Positions 1-11,720 are shown, counted from the stretch's first letter. The stretch is 64,000 bases of DNA from Somniosus microcephalus (GCA_052327205.1 CM126207.1:28706001-28770000), one strand, 5' to 3'. Made by a program: numbers and translations. The notes: generated by a model not told the origin, from the sequence alone.

Positions 1-150
1 TTAATCGGCCTGCTGAGCCCGCTGGGTGGGCTCAACAAGGTCAATCAAGTGAAGATCGAGTGATGTGGCCACAACTCGATGGAGGCGGGACTACAACCCC
101 AAAAGTTGTAGTCCTGCCTCCTACACGCCTCCAGTATCAAAATCCAGCCC
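1..150. mobile_element. 3' end of a PIF/Harbinger-like MITE (same family as 38735-39538)
   Basis: Ends in AAAATCCAGCCC and aligns with 39390-39538. Confidence 0.7.
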
Positions 151-160
151 TATGACTCTG

Positions 161-505
161 ACTGCTGCACTGTTGGAGGTGCCGTATTTTCAGATGCGAC
201 GTTAAACCATGGCCCTGCCTGCTCTCTCGGGTGGACGTAAAAGATCCTATGGCACTATTTTGAAGAAGTGCAGAAGAGTTATCCCCGGTGTCCTGCCCAA
301 TATTTATCCCTCAATCAACATCAGTAAAAAAAAATTATCTGGTCATTATCACATTGCTGTTGGTGGGAACTTATGTGTGCAAAATTGGCTACGGCGTTTC
401 CTACATTACAACAGTGACTACACTTCAAAAATTGGCTCTAATGCGCTTTGGGACATCCTGAGGTTGTGAAAGGCGCTATATAAATGCAAGTCTGTCTTTC
501 TTTCT
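161..505 (+). mobile_element. DeuSINE (SacSINE1/AmnSINE1-like), 5'-truncated
   Basis: Deu core (ggaggtgccgt..ttcagatg..gttaaacc; atcc.atggcactattttgaagaag) and L2-type tail aggcgctatataaatgcaagt. Confidence 0.8.
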
Positions 506-854
506 GTGAAACTAGTTACATCGTGTTTCCTGCATTAGTGCAACATGCAAAAAACATCACTCAGACATAAATGTGGGCAAACGATATAAAAACGCCTGCC
601 TTCAAAGTCTTTCTCAAAACCTATTCCAATGACCAAGCTTTCGGTTATGCTTGTCATTCGTTCTCTTCTGTGATGTAGCTATGTTAAAGACACTCTCTGA
701 ATGAAAGTTGCTACTGATTGCACAACCCCCCGTGGAGTAAAACATGTGCATATCGGGTGAATGCACCTTTTATTGTTTGAGCCTGCCTGGCTAAACCTGG
801 ACGAAATGCACCGAATTGTTTGAAAACTCCCCTTCCTGTTCCCTGTTACAAGTC

Positions 855-1246
855 CCGCCCCTTTCCCCATGGTAACCCGGGGAGTGGGCGGATTCATGCA
901 GGCAGCACCCCTCCCCTTTCCCTGATTGGGTGCCCGGGAAAGTGGGCGGTGTTAGTCAAGCAGCGCCTCGCCCCTTTCCCCCCGACTGGGTGACCGGAGG
1001 AGTGGGCGGAGTCAGGTAGACCAAGCACCTCCCCTTTCCCTGGCTGGGTGACCGGGAGAGTGGGCGGAGTCAGGTAGACCAAGCCCCTCCCCTTTCCCCT
1101 GACTGGGTAACCGGGAAAGTGGGCGGAGTCAGGTAGACCAAGCCCCTCCCCTTTCCCTGATTGGGTGACCGGGGAGTGGGCGGTGTCAGGTAGACCAAGC
1201 CCCTCCCCTTTCCCCTGATTGGGTGACCGGGAGAGTGGGCGGAGTC
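855..1246 (+). promoter_or_regulatory. ATR proximal promoter made of ~7 tandem ~58-bp units, each with a GC box (GTGGGCGG), several with an inverted CCAAT (GATTGG)
   Basis: Unit cccctcccctttcccctgattgggtgaccgggagagtgggcggagtcaggtagaccaag repeats from ~855 to 1246, ~160 bp upstream of the ATG, in a GC-rich region. Promoter role is inferred from position. Confidence 0.75.
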
Positions 1247-1404
1247 GGGTGAGCGCGCGGTGAGGCTTCAGTCTCCCGCTCGGTCTGTGCTGCTCCCGCC
1301 TCACCCGGTGCGATTGGGATTCAGCGGCAGGAGGGAACCTGAAAAATAATAAAATCAGTGCATAAGCCCCCGAGCCTGTCACCGAGGTGAATACAGCTGT
1401 GAGG

Positions 1405-1463
1405 ATGTTGGAGCAGGGGCTGGAGATGGCCTCCATCCTGCCGGCCTTGCGGGAGCTGGAGAG
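1405..1463 (+). CDS. ATR: ATR exon 1 (coding part, 59 nt)
   Basis: ATG 1405, MLEQGLEMASILPALRELE; donor AG|gtgagc. Confidence 0.95.
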
Positions 1464-2063
1464 GTGAGCTCCACAATGATCTACATTAAAGGCTGAGCTC
1501 GCACTGATCAATGCCTTCCCCCGCAGGGTTTATGGAGAGACTAGGCCCAGACAGCCGGCCCCTCGAGTTTGGGGAGCATTCGCCCTGTCAGTGGCATCTG
1601 AGCCTCCCTCAGCTCCTGGAGCACCTTTCACTGACAGGCTTTATATGCATTGCATTAACTCTTCCACTTTCTTGCTCTTTAACTGACTATATAAATTGCA
1701 TTAACTCTTTAACTTTCTTATATTTGTCCTATATTGAGAGGGTTTTAATAACTAAAATCGAATTGATTTACTCTCAAATATAAACAATGTTTTATGTTTT
1801 ATTTGAAGTGATATTACCCAACCTAACAGCTAATGTACACGTTGTCAATTACTTATAGCCCATATATAATTAACATTTTATTTTTGGGTGATGGGGGAAG
1901 GAATATGCATTTGTTGTGTTCGTTTCACTGCCATGTTACACTCCATTTCTATTAAGGGCTAAAGCACTGCCCTGAGAGACAAAATACCACTGGTTGTGCT
2001 GAAAGGCACGTGCTTTTACGTTTAATGCTTCTGTTATGGTGTCCGTGTGCCAAATCTCCACGT

Positions 2064-2400
2064 CAGCTGTGGCTCTCACCTCTGCATCAGAAGGTTGTGG
2101 ATTCAAGCCCCGCTCCACAATTTGAGTACAGAATCTAGGCTGAGGGAGTGCTACACTGTTGGACGTGCGTCTTTCTGCTGGGACGTTGAACGATCCCATG
2201 GCACTATTTTGAAGAAGAGCATGGGAGTTATCCCTGGTGCCCTGGCCAATATTTATCCCACAATCAACATCACCAAAACATATGATCTGGTGTGTGCAAA
2301 TTACAAGTGACTACACTTCAAAAGTACTTCATTGGCTGTAAAGTAGTTTGGGACGTCCTGAGGTTGTGAAAGGTGCCACATAAATGCAAGTGTTTCTTCT
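2064..2400 (+). mobile_element. DeuSINE copy
   Basis: Same core and tail as 161-505, with tRNA-like head remnant. Confidence 0.75.
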
Positions 2401-2404
2401 TCTC

Positions 2405-2985
2405 CCTTTTCCTGACGACAGAATGAGAGGATTGGGAGTCAATGTAGGTCAGCAAGGACAGGAGTGATGGGTGAGCGGGACCTGATGAGGGATAGGATAC
2501 AGAAGCCAGCAGGAGAGCATTTGAATAATTTGAAATTGACCATGGCATCTATGAGGGTTTCAGTGGCAGATGGGATAGTAACATTACAGAGGTGGAAGTA
2601 GATGGTCTTGTGATGGAGAGAGTATGGGGTTGGAAACTCAGATGGGGATCAGATTCAATGCTGAGATTAATAACGGTCTGCTTTAGGTTGAGGCAGTGGC
2701 CAGAGTGGGGATGGGGAGGGGGGCTGATGGCGGGATGAAGTTTTCAACGCGGGCTGAAGAAAATGGTTTTGATCTTCCCAATGTTTATAAGTGGAGGAAA
2801 CTGCAGTTCATACAATACTGGATATTGGATAAGCAGTCTGGCAGTGGAGGGAGCAGGAGGTGGTGGGGAGGTAGAGCTTCGTACCATCAATGTACATGCG
2901 GAAGCTGCTCCGATATCTTTGAATGATGTCACAAAGGGCAGCATGTAGATGAGGGCGAGACTCTTAAGCAGATGATCCAGGGAGG
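2405..2985 (-). mobile_element. Degenerate L2 LINE fragment
   Basis: Purine-rich antisense L2 RT-region texture; similar to 34160-34740. Confidence 0.55.
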
Positions 2986-3010
2986 CTCTGGCTGTTTTTG
3001 GAAGGTAAAA

Positions 3011-3468
3011 GAGAAGAAAGAACTTGCATTTATATATCGCCTTTCGCATCCTCAGGACATTCCAAAACGCTTCAGTCAATTAAGTACTTTTGAGTTATAG
3101 TCACTTGTTGTTATAGTCACATAATGTAGTAAATGCGACAGCCAATTTGCACACAGCAAAGTCCCACAAGCAGCAATGAGAAAATTGACCAGATAATCTG
3201 TTTTTAGTGTTGTTGTTTGAGGGCCAGCACACTGGGGAAAACTCGCCTGCTCTTCTTTGAATAGTGCCATGGAATCTTTTATGTTCACCTGAGCAGGGAG
3301 ACGGGATTTTGGTTTAATCCCTCATCTGAAAGATGGCATGTCTGACTGTGCAGCACTCCTTTAGTACTGCAGTGATGTGTGGGTCTAGATTATGTGTTCA
3401 AGTCTCTAGAGTAGGTCATGAACTCATGACTCAGAAGTACGAATGCTACCATTGAGCCAAGTTGACAC
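3011..3468 (-). mobile_element. DeuSINE copy (antisense, near full length)
   Basis: Reverse complement of the tail at 3020, Deu core, tRNA-derived head at ~3410-3468. Confidence 0.75.
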
Positions 3469-3469
3469 G

Positions 3470-4880
3470 GTAAGAGTGGGACCAAGTGAGGGTAGTCCCC
3501 CTGAGCTGGACACAGAGGCACTGGAGGAAGATAGTGTTGCCAATTGTGTCAGAAGCTTCAGAAAGGTTGAGGAGGATGAGAAGAGATAATGGGCCGGATA
3601 TTCTGATCCCTACGGGTGAGTACGCGCTGTGTACCCACCCGTAGGGACATTGGAAATGCTGGTTTGAGGCATGCACAGCACATGCGCTGGAAACCGGCAT
3701 TTCCGATCTGTCAAGACTGCCCGGGAGAAGGGCCTCTGCGGGCGGAGAGTTCCGCTTTTTGGAGACCCTCCACCCGCAGAAAACCTTTACAATTCTTGCG
3801 CCTGGTAAAAAGCAGGTGTAAGGCCTGCTTTTACCAGGATAAGAGTTGAAAAAAGTAAAAAAAAAAAAAATTTCACTGATTCATCATTTAAAAATACTTG
3901 GGGGGAAAAAAAGGTAAGTTTATTTTTAGCCCTGTAAAAAACTTTAATTATTTTTTTCAAAAATTTAAATTTTTGTTTAAAATAGTTAATTTATTGTAAT
4001 TTCAAGTCATTTTAAAAATGTGATTTAAAAAAAAATTTATATAATGTTTTACAGTACTATGTTTTTGGGGTGATCTCCATTCATATTTTTGACAAGTCTT
4101 CCTGTCAAGTGTATGAAGGGAGATGCAAACTACATGCACCTTTGGGATACGTGGGCCCTGCGCACTTGGAGTTTGGAGAGGCCCAGCACCGGAAGTGTGC
4201 ACGTCCCGGGAGCCCTCGGGTAAGGGCGCCGATTTTTCCAGATCGCAGGCCTCCGCCCGCGGGAGGCCTGCTATCGGAATATCTGGGCCAATATACAATG
4301 GTCACAGAACAGTGAATGTCATTGTGACTTTGGTTAGAGTCGTTTCAATGCTGTGGGAGGGATGGTAACCTGATTGGAGGTATTTGAAAAGGAAGTTGAA
4401 GGAGCGATGGGTATGGATTTGGGAGACGTCACCATGTTCAAGGAGATTGGAGAAGAAAAGTTGGCGATGGAGCAATAGTTTGTAAGGACAAAGTTTGAGG
4501 AAGAGGGGGCGGCAATTTGATTTTGAGAGTGAGAGGGATGGTGGCTGACGAAAGGGAACTATTTACATCAGGTAGCATGGGGACCAGGAAGGAGAGCTGG
4601 ATGCTCAGCAGTTTAGTAGGAATGAGACTGAGGGAACAGGAAGTGGACAAGATCAGCTTGGAGAGGGCCATATGGGAGAGAAATTTGGAAAGATGGGGGA
4701 TCAGGGCTAGGGTAGGTGTGGCCTTGGTGGAGGGGGGCGGTGAGGTTTGGCTTGGATGAGAGGAAGGGGGAGAGCAGTAGAGAGTTCAAATGATGGTTTC
4801 TGTCTTGGTGACAAAGAAGTCCATGAGCTCCTCGCACTTGTTAGAGTTGTGGGTGGAGGGGGCACGGGAGAGGTTGTACT
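3470..4880 (-). mobile_element. L2 LINE RT fragment, split by the Harbinger-like MITE at 3591-4289
   Basis: Minus-strand SLLILLNLSEASDTIGNTIFLQ resembles the L2 motif SLLILLDLSAAFDTVDH; the sequence resumes after 4289. Confidence 0.65.
3591..4289. mobile_element. PIF/Harbinger-like MITE
   Basis: TIRs GGGCCGGATATTCTGAT / ATCGGAATATCTGGGCC; 3-bp TSD AAT on both sides. Confidence 0.75.
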
Positions 4881-5060
4881 CCTTACGAAGTGAAGTATCC
4901 CAAAGATGTGCAAATAGTTTGTTTACTGGGGAGTTACAGTGATCTTAAATGGCAGGCAAGTTCCCTCAACTTGAATTTACAACCTGCTTTAGATTAGAAT
5001 GAAAAGCAGGCCATGGTCTATTGTAACCTGACAAACTGCTGGTTCTTCTACTCCAAACAG

Positions 5061-5152
5061 TGCCAGTCCAGAAGATTACAATGCAGTGGTGCAGAAGCCA
5101 AGGCAGATTCTTTGCCAGTTTGTTGACAAGATGCTGACAGATGTGGGTGTTG
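5061..5152 (+). CDS. ATR: ATR exon 2 (92 nt)
   Basis: acag|TGCC..; [28 protein letters not shown]; TG|gtaagt. Confidence 0.95.
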
Positions 5153-5427
5153 GTAAGTACTCCACCCCGCCTTTATTACTTGTAGATATGGTACAGTGTT
5201 AGATATTGGTAACTAGCTTTGTATTTCAAGGAGGGGGTTACTCGAGCAGCTTCTAACATTAGTAAATATCTTTATCTCTAAATCCCATCTACAGACAATA
5301 CTTTGTTTAAAAACTCTTACTATAGAGGGTTGTATATCCTTGGCTCAGTTTGGCTCTGAGACGTTCCAGATTCTGTTACTAGAGTGGAGCACAGATGCTA
5401 TCCACAGAAGGGAGCGTCAAACTTGGA

Positions 5428-5840
5428 TTGCTGTCCTGCGTCTTGCATTTAGTAGCAATAGCACATGTTCAAACCGAATCAGTAATAAATTGAACTCAAC
5501 ACTTCCTCTGTTCCCTTGCTCCCACACTCTAGGGAAATCGAGATGTTGCTGTCCTGCATCTTGCATTTAGTTCAAAGTGCATTGATGGGGCCCTGCATGC
5601 CCTCTTGTTTGAGGAATAAAATGTATGAAATCTTATCCTTACCCAGACATCAGTTGAAAATAAAGGTATTGGGTAACCCGGGACCTGAGAACATTGGTAA
5701 TTGGATGCAGGTTCATTTCTACGACTTCGCCATACGGCAAATTCCACATCTCGATTTCCCTAGAGTGTGGGAGCAAGGGAACAGAGGAAGTGTTGAGTTC
5801 AATTAATTACTGATTTGGTTTGAATATGTGCTATTGCTAC
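5428..5840. repeat. 95-bp inverted repeat (5452-5546 / 5746-5840) with a 26-bp direct duplication flanking the left arm
   Basis: Arms differ at ~3 positions; ttgctgtcctgc[g/a]tcttgcatttagt at 5428-5453 and 5546-5571. Confidence 0.9.
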
Positions 5841-5970
5841 AAATAGCACTTTTTTATGGATTTTGAAAATTGTCATGCTACAAGCAGAACTGTGGATTTG
5901 CAAAATCTTGCTCACCCTCCCAAAAACACTTCAAAAAATATATCGTTAGAATTGCAGATTAAGCTCAGTA

Positions 5971-7710
5971 CAGGAAACTTTCGATTTACCGGCACCTAAA
6001 TAACCGGAAATCTCGGTTAACCGGCAAAATTCAGGAGTAGAGTCATAGAGTTATACAGCACAGAAAGAGGCCCTTCGGCCCATCGTGTCCACGCCGGCCA
6101 TCAAGCCCTGTCTAATCTAATCCCATTTTCCTGCACTTGGTCCATAGCCTTGTATGCTATGGCATTTCAAGTGCTCATCCAAATGCTTCTTGAATGTTGT
6201 GAGGGTTCCTGCCTCTACCACCCTTTCAGGCAGTGAGTTCCAGATTCCAACCACCCTCTGGGTGAAAAAGTTTTTCCTCAAATCCCCTCTAAACCTCCGG
6301 CCCCTTACCTTGAAACTATGCCCCGTGGTTATTGACCCCTCTACTAAGGGGAAAAGTTCCTTTCTATCTACCCTATCTATGCCCCTCATAATTTTGTACA
6401 CCTCAATCAGGTCCCCCCTCAGCCTTCTCTGCTCCAAGGAAAACAACCCCAGCCTGTCCAGTCTTTCTTCATAGCTGAAGCGCTCCAGCCCAGGTAACAT
6501 CCTGGTAAATCTCCTCTGCACCCTCTCCAAAGCAATCACATCCTTCCTATAGTGTGGCGACCAGAACTGCACACAGTACCCCAGCTGTGGCCTTACCAGC
6601 GTTTTGTACAGCTCCATCATAACCTCCCTGCTCTTATATTCTATGCCTCGGCTAATGAAGGCAAGTATCCCATATGCCTTTTTAACCACCTTATCCACCT
6701 GTTCTGCTGCCTTCAGGGATCTATGTGCATGCACACCAAGGTCCCTCTGATCCTCTGTCTTTCCTAGGGTCTTACCATTCATTGTGTATTCCCTTGCCTT
6801 GTTAGTCCATCCAAAATGCATCACCTCACACTTTTCAGGGTTAAATTCCATTTGCCACTGTTCCGCCCATCTAACCAACCCATCTATATCGTCCTGTAGC
6901 CTGAGGCTTCCCGCCTCGCTATTTACCACCCCACCAATTTTCGTGTCATCTGCGAACTTACTGATCATACCTTTTACATTCACATCCAAATCATTAATGT
7001 AGACCACAAACAGCAAGGGACCCAGCACCGATCCCTGCGGTACCCCACTGGACACAGGCTTCCAATCACAAAAATAACCTTCCACCATCACCCTCTGCCT
7101 TCTGCCACTAAGCCAGTTTTGAATCCAATGTGCCAAGGCACCCTGGATCCCATGGGCTCTTACCTTCCTGACCAGTCTCCTATGCGGGACTTTATCAAAA
7201 GCCTTACTGAAATCCATGTAAACCACATCCACTGCACTACCCTCATCCACTGCACTACCCTCATCCACACACCTAGTCACCCCCTCGAAAAATTCAATCA
7301 AATTGGTCAGACATGATCTTCCCTTGACAAAGTCATGCTGGCTATCCCCAATTAATCCCTGCCTCTCCAAGTGGAGACCAATTCTGTCCCTCAGAATGTT
7401 TTCCAATAATTTCCCTACCACTGATGTTAGGCTCACTGGCCTGTTGGTTCAGGTAAGTTTTACTTCATATTCTACTTGCCTTCCTCGATCTGTTGCTGTG
7501 CAAGGGTGTGGCTGCAGCTGTTGGTAAGCTACAGAGACGCTTGGAACTTGTGGCCATTGTTCTGAACCTGTTGCTAAGCAACAGGATTTGTTGCTTTATA
7601 CGGAGCTCTCAGCTCTCCCTATCTTTTACTATAGCTTTCGGTTATGCGGAATTTTTGATGATCCGGCACCACGTCGGTCCCGTCGGTGCCGGATAAAAAA
7701 AAGTTTCCTG
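5971..7710. mobile_element. Tigger/pogo-like MITE (family A), interrupted by a CR1 insertion
   Basis: TA|CAGGAAACT ... AGTTTCCTG|TA; halves join as caggagtag/gttcaggtaagt, as in the intact copy at 11721. Confidence 0.85.
6041..7445 (-). mobile_element. CR1 LINE, 5'-truncated, with an uninterrupted 439-aa ORF2 C-terminal part (RT)
   Basis: DFSKAFDKVPH, GVPQGSVLGP, SKFADDTK, CVQFWSP; 3' UTR with tandem tail; in-frame 18-nt duplication VDEGSA. Confidence 0.92.
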
Positions 7711-7984
7711 TATGTGGTCTGTTTCATTGCTAAATTCTGCAATAAAGTAATTTATCTCAATGCTGTAGGCTCTTGGAGCAGCAGGTGATTTTGTAATAGA
7801 ATATATAATTTATTTCCCAGTACTCAACAGCAGATAAAAATCTGGCACAATTGAAACAATTATTCTGCAATCAGTGAGGATCTGATTGACTGCATGAAGC
7901 ATCCTGGCTGTCAACTGCTGACAAAAAATTTCCCCCAGATATTGCCCCACTGATCCTACAATATTATGGGGAAAAAAGCAACTA

Positions 7985-8329
7985 CAGGAAACTTTGTGCT
8001 ATCCGGCACCGACGGGACCGAGCTGTTGCCGTCCCATCAAAACTGCCGGACAAACCAGCGCTAATGTTGAAACATACGGAGATTTTGAGCTCCGTATCTG
8101 GCAACAAACCCTGTTGCTTAGCTTCTAAACAGTCGGCTGTACCTTGCAAGCGTCTCTGTAGCTTAGCAACAGCTTCAGCGAGACCTTGCAGAGCCTGACT
8201 GGTGAAAAAAAAGCAACGAAAAGAAAAAAAACCTACGAAAAGAAAAAAAACTAACGAAACGGCTCCTGATTTTTGCCGGTGGCTCGAGCATTCCGGACAG
8301 TTAACCTCCGGATAAACCAAAGTTTCCTG
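7985..8329. mobile_element. Tigger/pogo-like MITE (family B)
   Basis: TA|CAGGAAACTTTG ... CAAAGTTTCCTG|TA. Confidence 0.85.
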
Positions 8330-8391
8330 TACATAGACCCAATTATCCATTAGTCAATGCATAAAATGATCCTTTTTTGTTTAAATTCCAG

Positions 8392-8559
8392 TTGCTTTGG
8401 AGCTTTCGAAGAAGACTGACTCTCAGCCAACATGTGTGATGTTGTTGGATTTTATTCAACACATTATGAAGTCCTTCCCTCTTATGTTTGTGAGCACCCC
8501 ACGGAAGCCAACTAAAGAAATTCAGCGGCGCAGTAGTGATGATGAGTGCAGTTGCATTG
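8392..8559 (+). CDS. ATR: ATR exon 3 (168 nt)
   Basis: [27 protein letters not shown]; ccag| ... TG|gtgagt. Confidence 0.95.
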
Positions 8560-8921
8560 GTGAGTGCATATGGAAGCTACAGAAACATAGATATATAGTC
8601 TGTCTATGTTCTAACACTAGTGTTGCAGATCGATCTTGGTTATTAATCTTGCAGAACTGTGGCTCATAATTTTTATGTTAAATTTTTTGCAGTTTGTTGC
8701 CAAATTGAGTTTAAATGATGCACGTGAAACTTAACGCATATTCCAACAAAATCCGTGACTGCTTTAATTGTTTTTTTGTGTGAAGTATTTAAATACACGT
8801 CATTCATGCCAGGTGCAAATGTAATTTAAAATGCTGTATTTCAGCTATGACATTGAGTGTTGCACCTAAATTTTTTTTTTAAATTGTACTAAAAAAAAGT
8901 GATCAATAATCATTCACCAGT

Positions 8922-9146
8922 AATAACAACAGAAAATGCTGGAAGCGCTCAGCAGGCCAGGCATCATCCGTGGAGCGAGAAACAGAGTTAACGTTTCAGG
9001 TCTGGGACCCTTCATCAGATGAAGGGTCATTGACCTGAAACATTAACTCTGTTTCTCTCTCCACGGATGCTGCCTGACCTGCTGAGCGCTTCCAGCATTT
9101 TCTGTTGTTATTTCAGATTTCCAGCATCCGCAGTATTTTGCTATTG
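8922..9146. mobile_element. Penelope-like element terminal remnant forming a ~190-bp palindrome, with decayed hammerhead motifs
   Basis: ataacaacagaaaatgctgg...ccagcattttctgttgttat is a near-perfect hairpin; the minus strand reads CTGATGAAGGGTC-CCA-GACCTGAAACGTTAAC. Confidence 0.7.
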
Positions 9147-10001
9147 TATCATTCACCGGTAGTCAGTGTCTTGGAACGTTGCTTTGTTTTGACATATGGG
9201 GGCTAAAATTGACCTTTGCCCCAAAAAAGGGTCATGGCGAGTCAGTAGCCCGTTTTACATCGCACCCAATTTTCTCTTCCATTGTTTAATAAAATGGAAT
9301 ATGAACTTTTGGAGTGAGTTTTCAATAGTCTAGTTTATTAGAACTGTGTTGAGTTGTGCATCCTTACAGTTCTCTTTCTTTTAAGGAGCTGTTATTTTTG
9401 AACTATTTTAACCGTTGCAAGATGATGGTGAGACTTCTCTATATCCTTACATTCATATTCTATCAAAAAGCTAAACTTCTCATTTTAATTCAGTTAATAA
9501 TGATTAGTAAAATGGTAATTGTATCAAGCTCAATTGGTAAATATACTCTGTAGTTTATTATTGCCCCATAATTGACCAGGAATGTCCGAGGTTCAACCCT
9601 GTATGTGCTAAGTTTTAACTGCCAGGGTAGTAGTGGTCTTAATTCACTGATTACAAATTACTTTAGTATCCTTCGGCAACTTGCTGCTTTGTGACACAGT
9701 ACTTTGGATCATGAATACTCAGTGGAGCACCAATGTGCTGCACCACCCTAAGAAAAGTGATTGTAAAATATAGCATGAATTGCTAACCCATATATTTTTC
9801 TTTGTTTTTACTCTTTTTGCAATTATATTCATTTAAATCTATCCAGTAAGTTTGTTTCTAATAGCCTAATAGCTGTTGAATCCAGGTAGAGGCACTGTTG
9901 TCCGGGCTGCAGTCTGAATCTGGACTAAATCTGTAGATCTCTAACTGATGTTTGTCCTGTTTGCAATATTTGATCTGATTGTGCCTATTTTCTTTTTAAA
10001 G

Positions 10002-10903
10002 ATTTCAGTAACTGGATTATAACCAGGCTTCTTCGGATTGCTGCAGCCCAAAACTGTCAGGTGCTTCACGACTGTATTGCAAAGATTATACTTTCTTTGC
10101 TTTGGCTGTTCAAGAACAAGAATCCCTTCATATTTGGTATACAAACCAAGGAACTGTTTGGCCTCTTCCAAGACCTAATCCGCCTGAGGGAGAAGAACTC
10201 GATGATGCACATTAAGCAGGATTCATCCTTATGGCCATTCATAGTTAATCGTTATATTGTGGCTAAGAGAGAAAATGCAGGATATTTAACCCCTGCACCT
10301 CTTCAGCTAACCTCTGTGTTACAAGTAGAATTATTGGAGATCATATTACTGAGAATACTTTCTTCGATCCTCTCAAGTGTGTTTTGCAGGAGGCAGCGAG
10401 TCATCTTATGGGAAATAGGCTGCTCCCTTTTAGAACATGGCAGTCCCAAGATAAAGAGTATCGTGTTGGCCTTGTTATCACAATTGACAAACCTTGGAGG
10501 ACCCCCACCAGAAGAATTGGCAAATACATTCTTTACAAATTTTATTGGTCTCTTGAAACTGTTTAAAGAGGCCGACAGAGCTGAATTGGAATTATATGCG
10601 GAGCCGTATTCTCTGTTGGTCAGAGCACTTTTTCCAGTTAGTGCTGAACATCTCACAAGCACGTTTGTGATAGAACCAGTTTACCTTAATATGTTGATGG
10701 ACAAACTAAGTGCCTTTATGGGAGATGGACTGTTGAAACTCATTGAATCTGATAAATTGAGATCAGCTCTGTGTCAAATATTCCAGCATTTTTTGATGTT
10801 TGCACCATCAGGACTTGTGTGTGCAGTGCCAGTACAGAAACATCGTATACATTTAATTTGCACAGCTTTAACTGAAATGATAGGAACTCAGTCCAAGCAG
10901 GAG
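10002..10903 (+). CDS. ATR: ATR exon 4 (902 nt)
   Basis: FSNWIITRLLRIAA...GTQSKQE; corresponds to ORF 10061..10984; GAG|gtaaac. Confidence 0.95.
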
Positions 10904-11029
10904 GTAAACATTTTTTTTAATCCTTGCACCCTCTTGCAGTTTCCAATCATGTATCTTACTCTGGTAAAGACAGTTTGCAGTTGATTTATTCCCAAATCTT
11001 TGTCACTGGCTTTCTGTAATCAATAACAT

Positions 11030-11260
11030 TGAGGCACTACAGTGCAGCACTGTTGGAGGTACTGCCTTTCAGATGAGATGTTAAACAGCTTCTAACAGAT
11101 CAAGTGGAAGTAAAAGATCTCATGGCACAAAGAAGAACCGGGAATTATCCTATTGTGCTGGCAACATCCTTCTTCCACCAACAGTACCAAAACAGATGAA
11201 TTGGTCCATTATCTCATTGGTGTTTGTGGGATCTTGCGTTGTGCAAATGAACTCCAGCTT
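11030..11260 (+). mobile_element. DeuSINE fragment
   Basis: Deu core ggaggtactgcctttcagatgagatgttaaac. Confidence 0.6.
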
Positions 11261-11720
11261 CTGGTTGCGCTGATAATGGATAAAGGCCTATTTGTGCTCA
11301 TCTCCATCTATGGCAGATAGCACCCCATACCCCAATCCTAGCTTCCTCTCACCACCCTGGTTTGCCTGCATAAGAAGGCAATGATCATTTATTACATGTT
11401 AAGTGCTTTGAAAGATTTCTGAGAATTCAGGTCTGTCTTTTGCATAGAATATTGCAGTTACAATGAGAGAGGTGTCCCTCGGGATGTTGATTTTAATCAT
11501 TGCTGACTGTGTCTTTAGATTTTGTGTTGGAGAAATTGACCAATCTAACACCATGGTTTAAGTGCTATTGGCACAAAGACTGCAGCAATTCAAGAAAGTG
11601 GCCCACCACCATCCTTCTCAAGGCAATAATTGCAGTGTTGCTTGCTTCGGCCACATGCTGAAAACTTGGAAGTGGAGCATAGTGCTGTTTACAAAATGTT
11701 AAAGTTGAATCATATACATA

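Noticed and set aside
855-1246. Regular repeat array as a CRISPR-like locus
   Set aside because: Head-to-tail units with no unique spacers, no cas genes, and a vertebrate context
894-1511. 205-aa minus-strand ORF
   Set aside because: Translation of the promoter tandem repeat plus the antisense of exon 1; no independent coding signal
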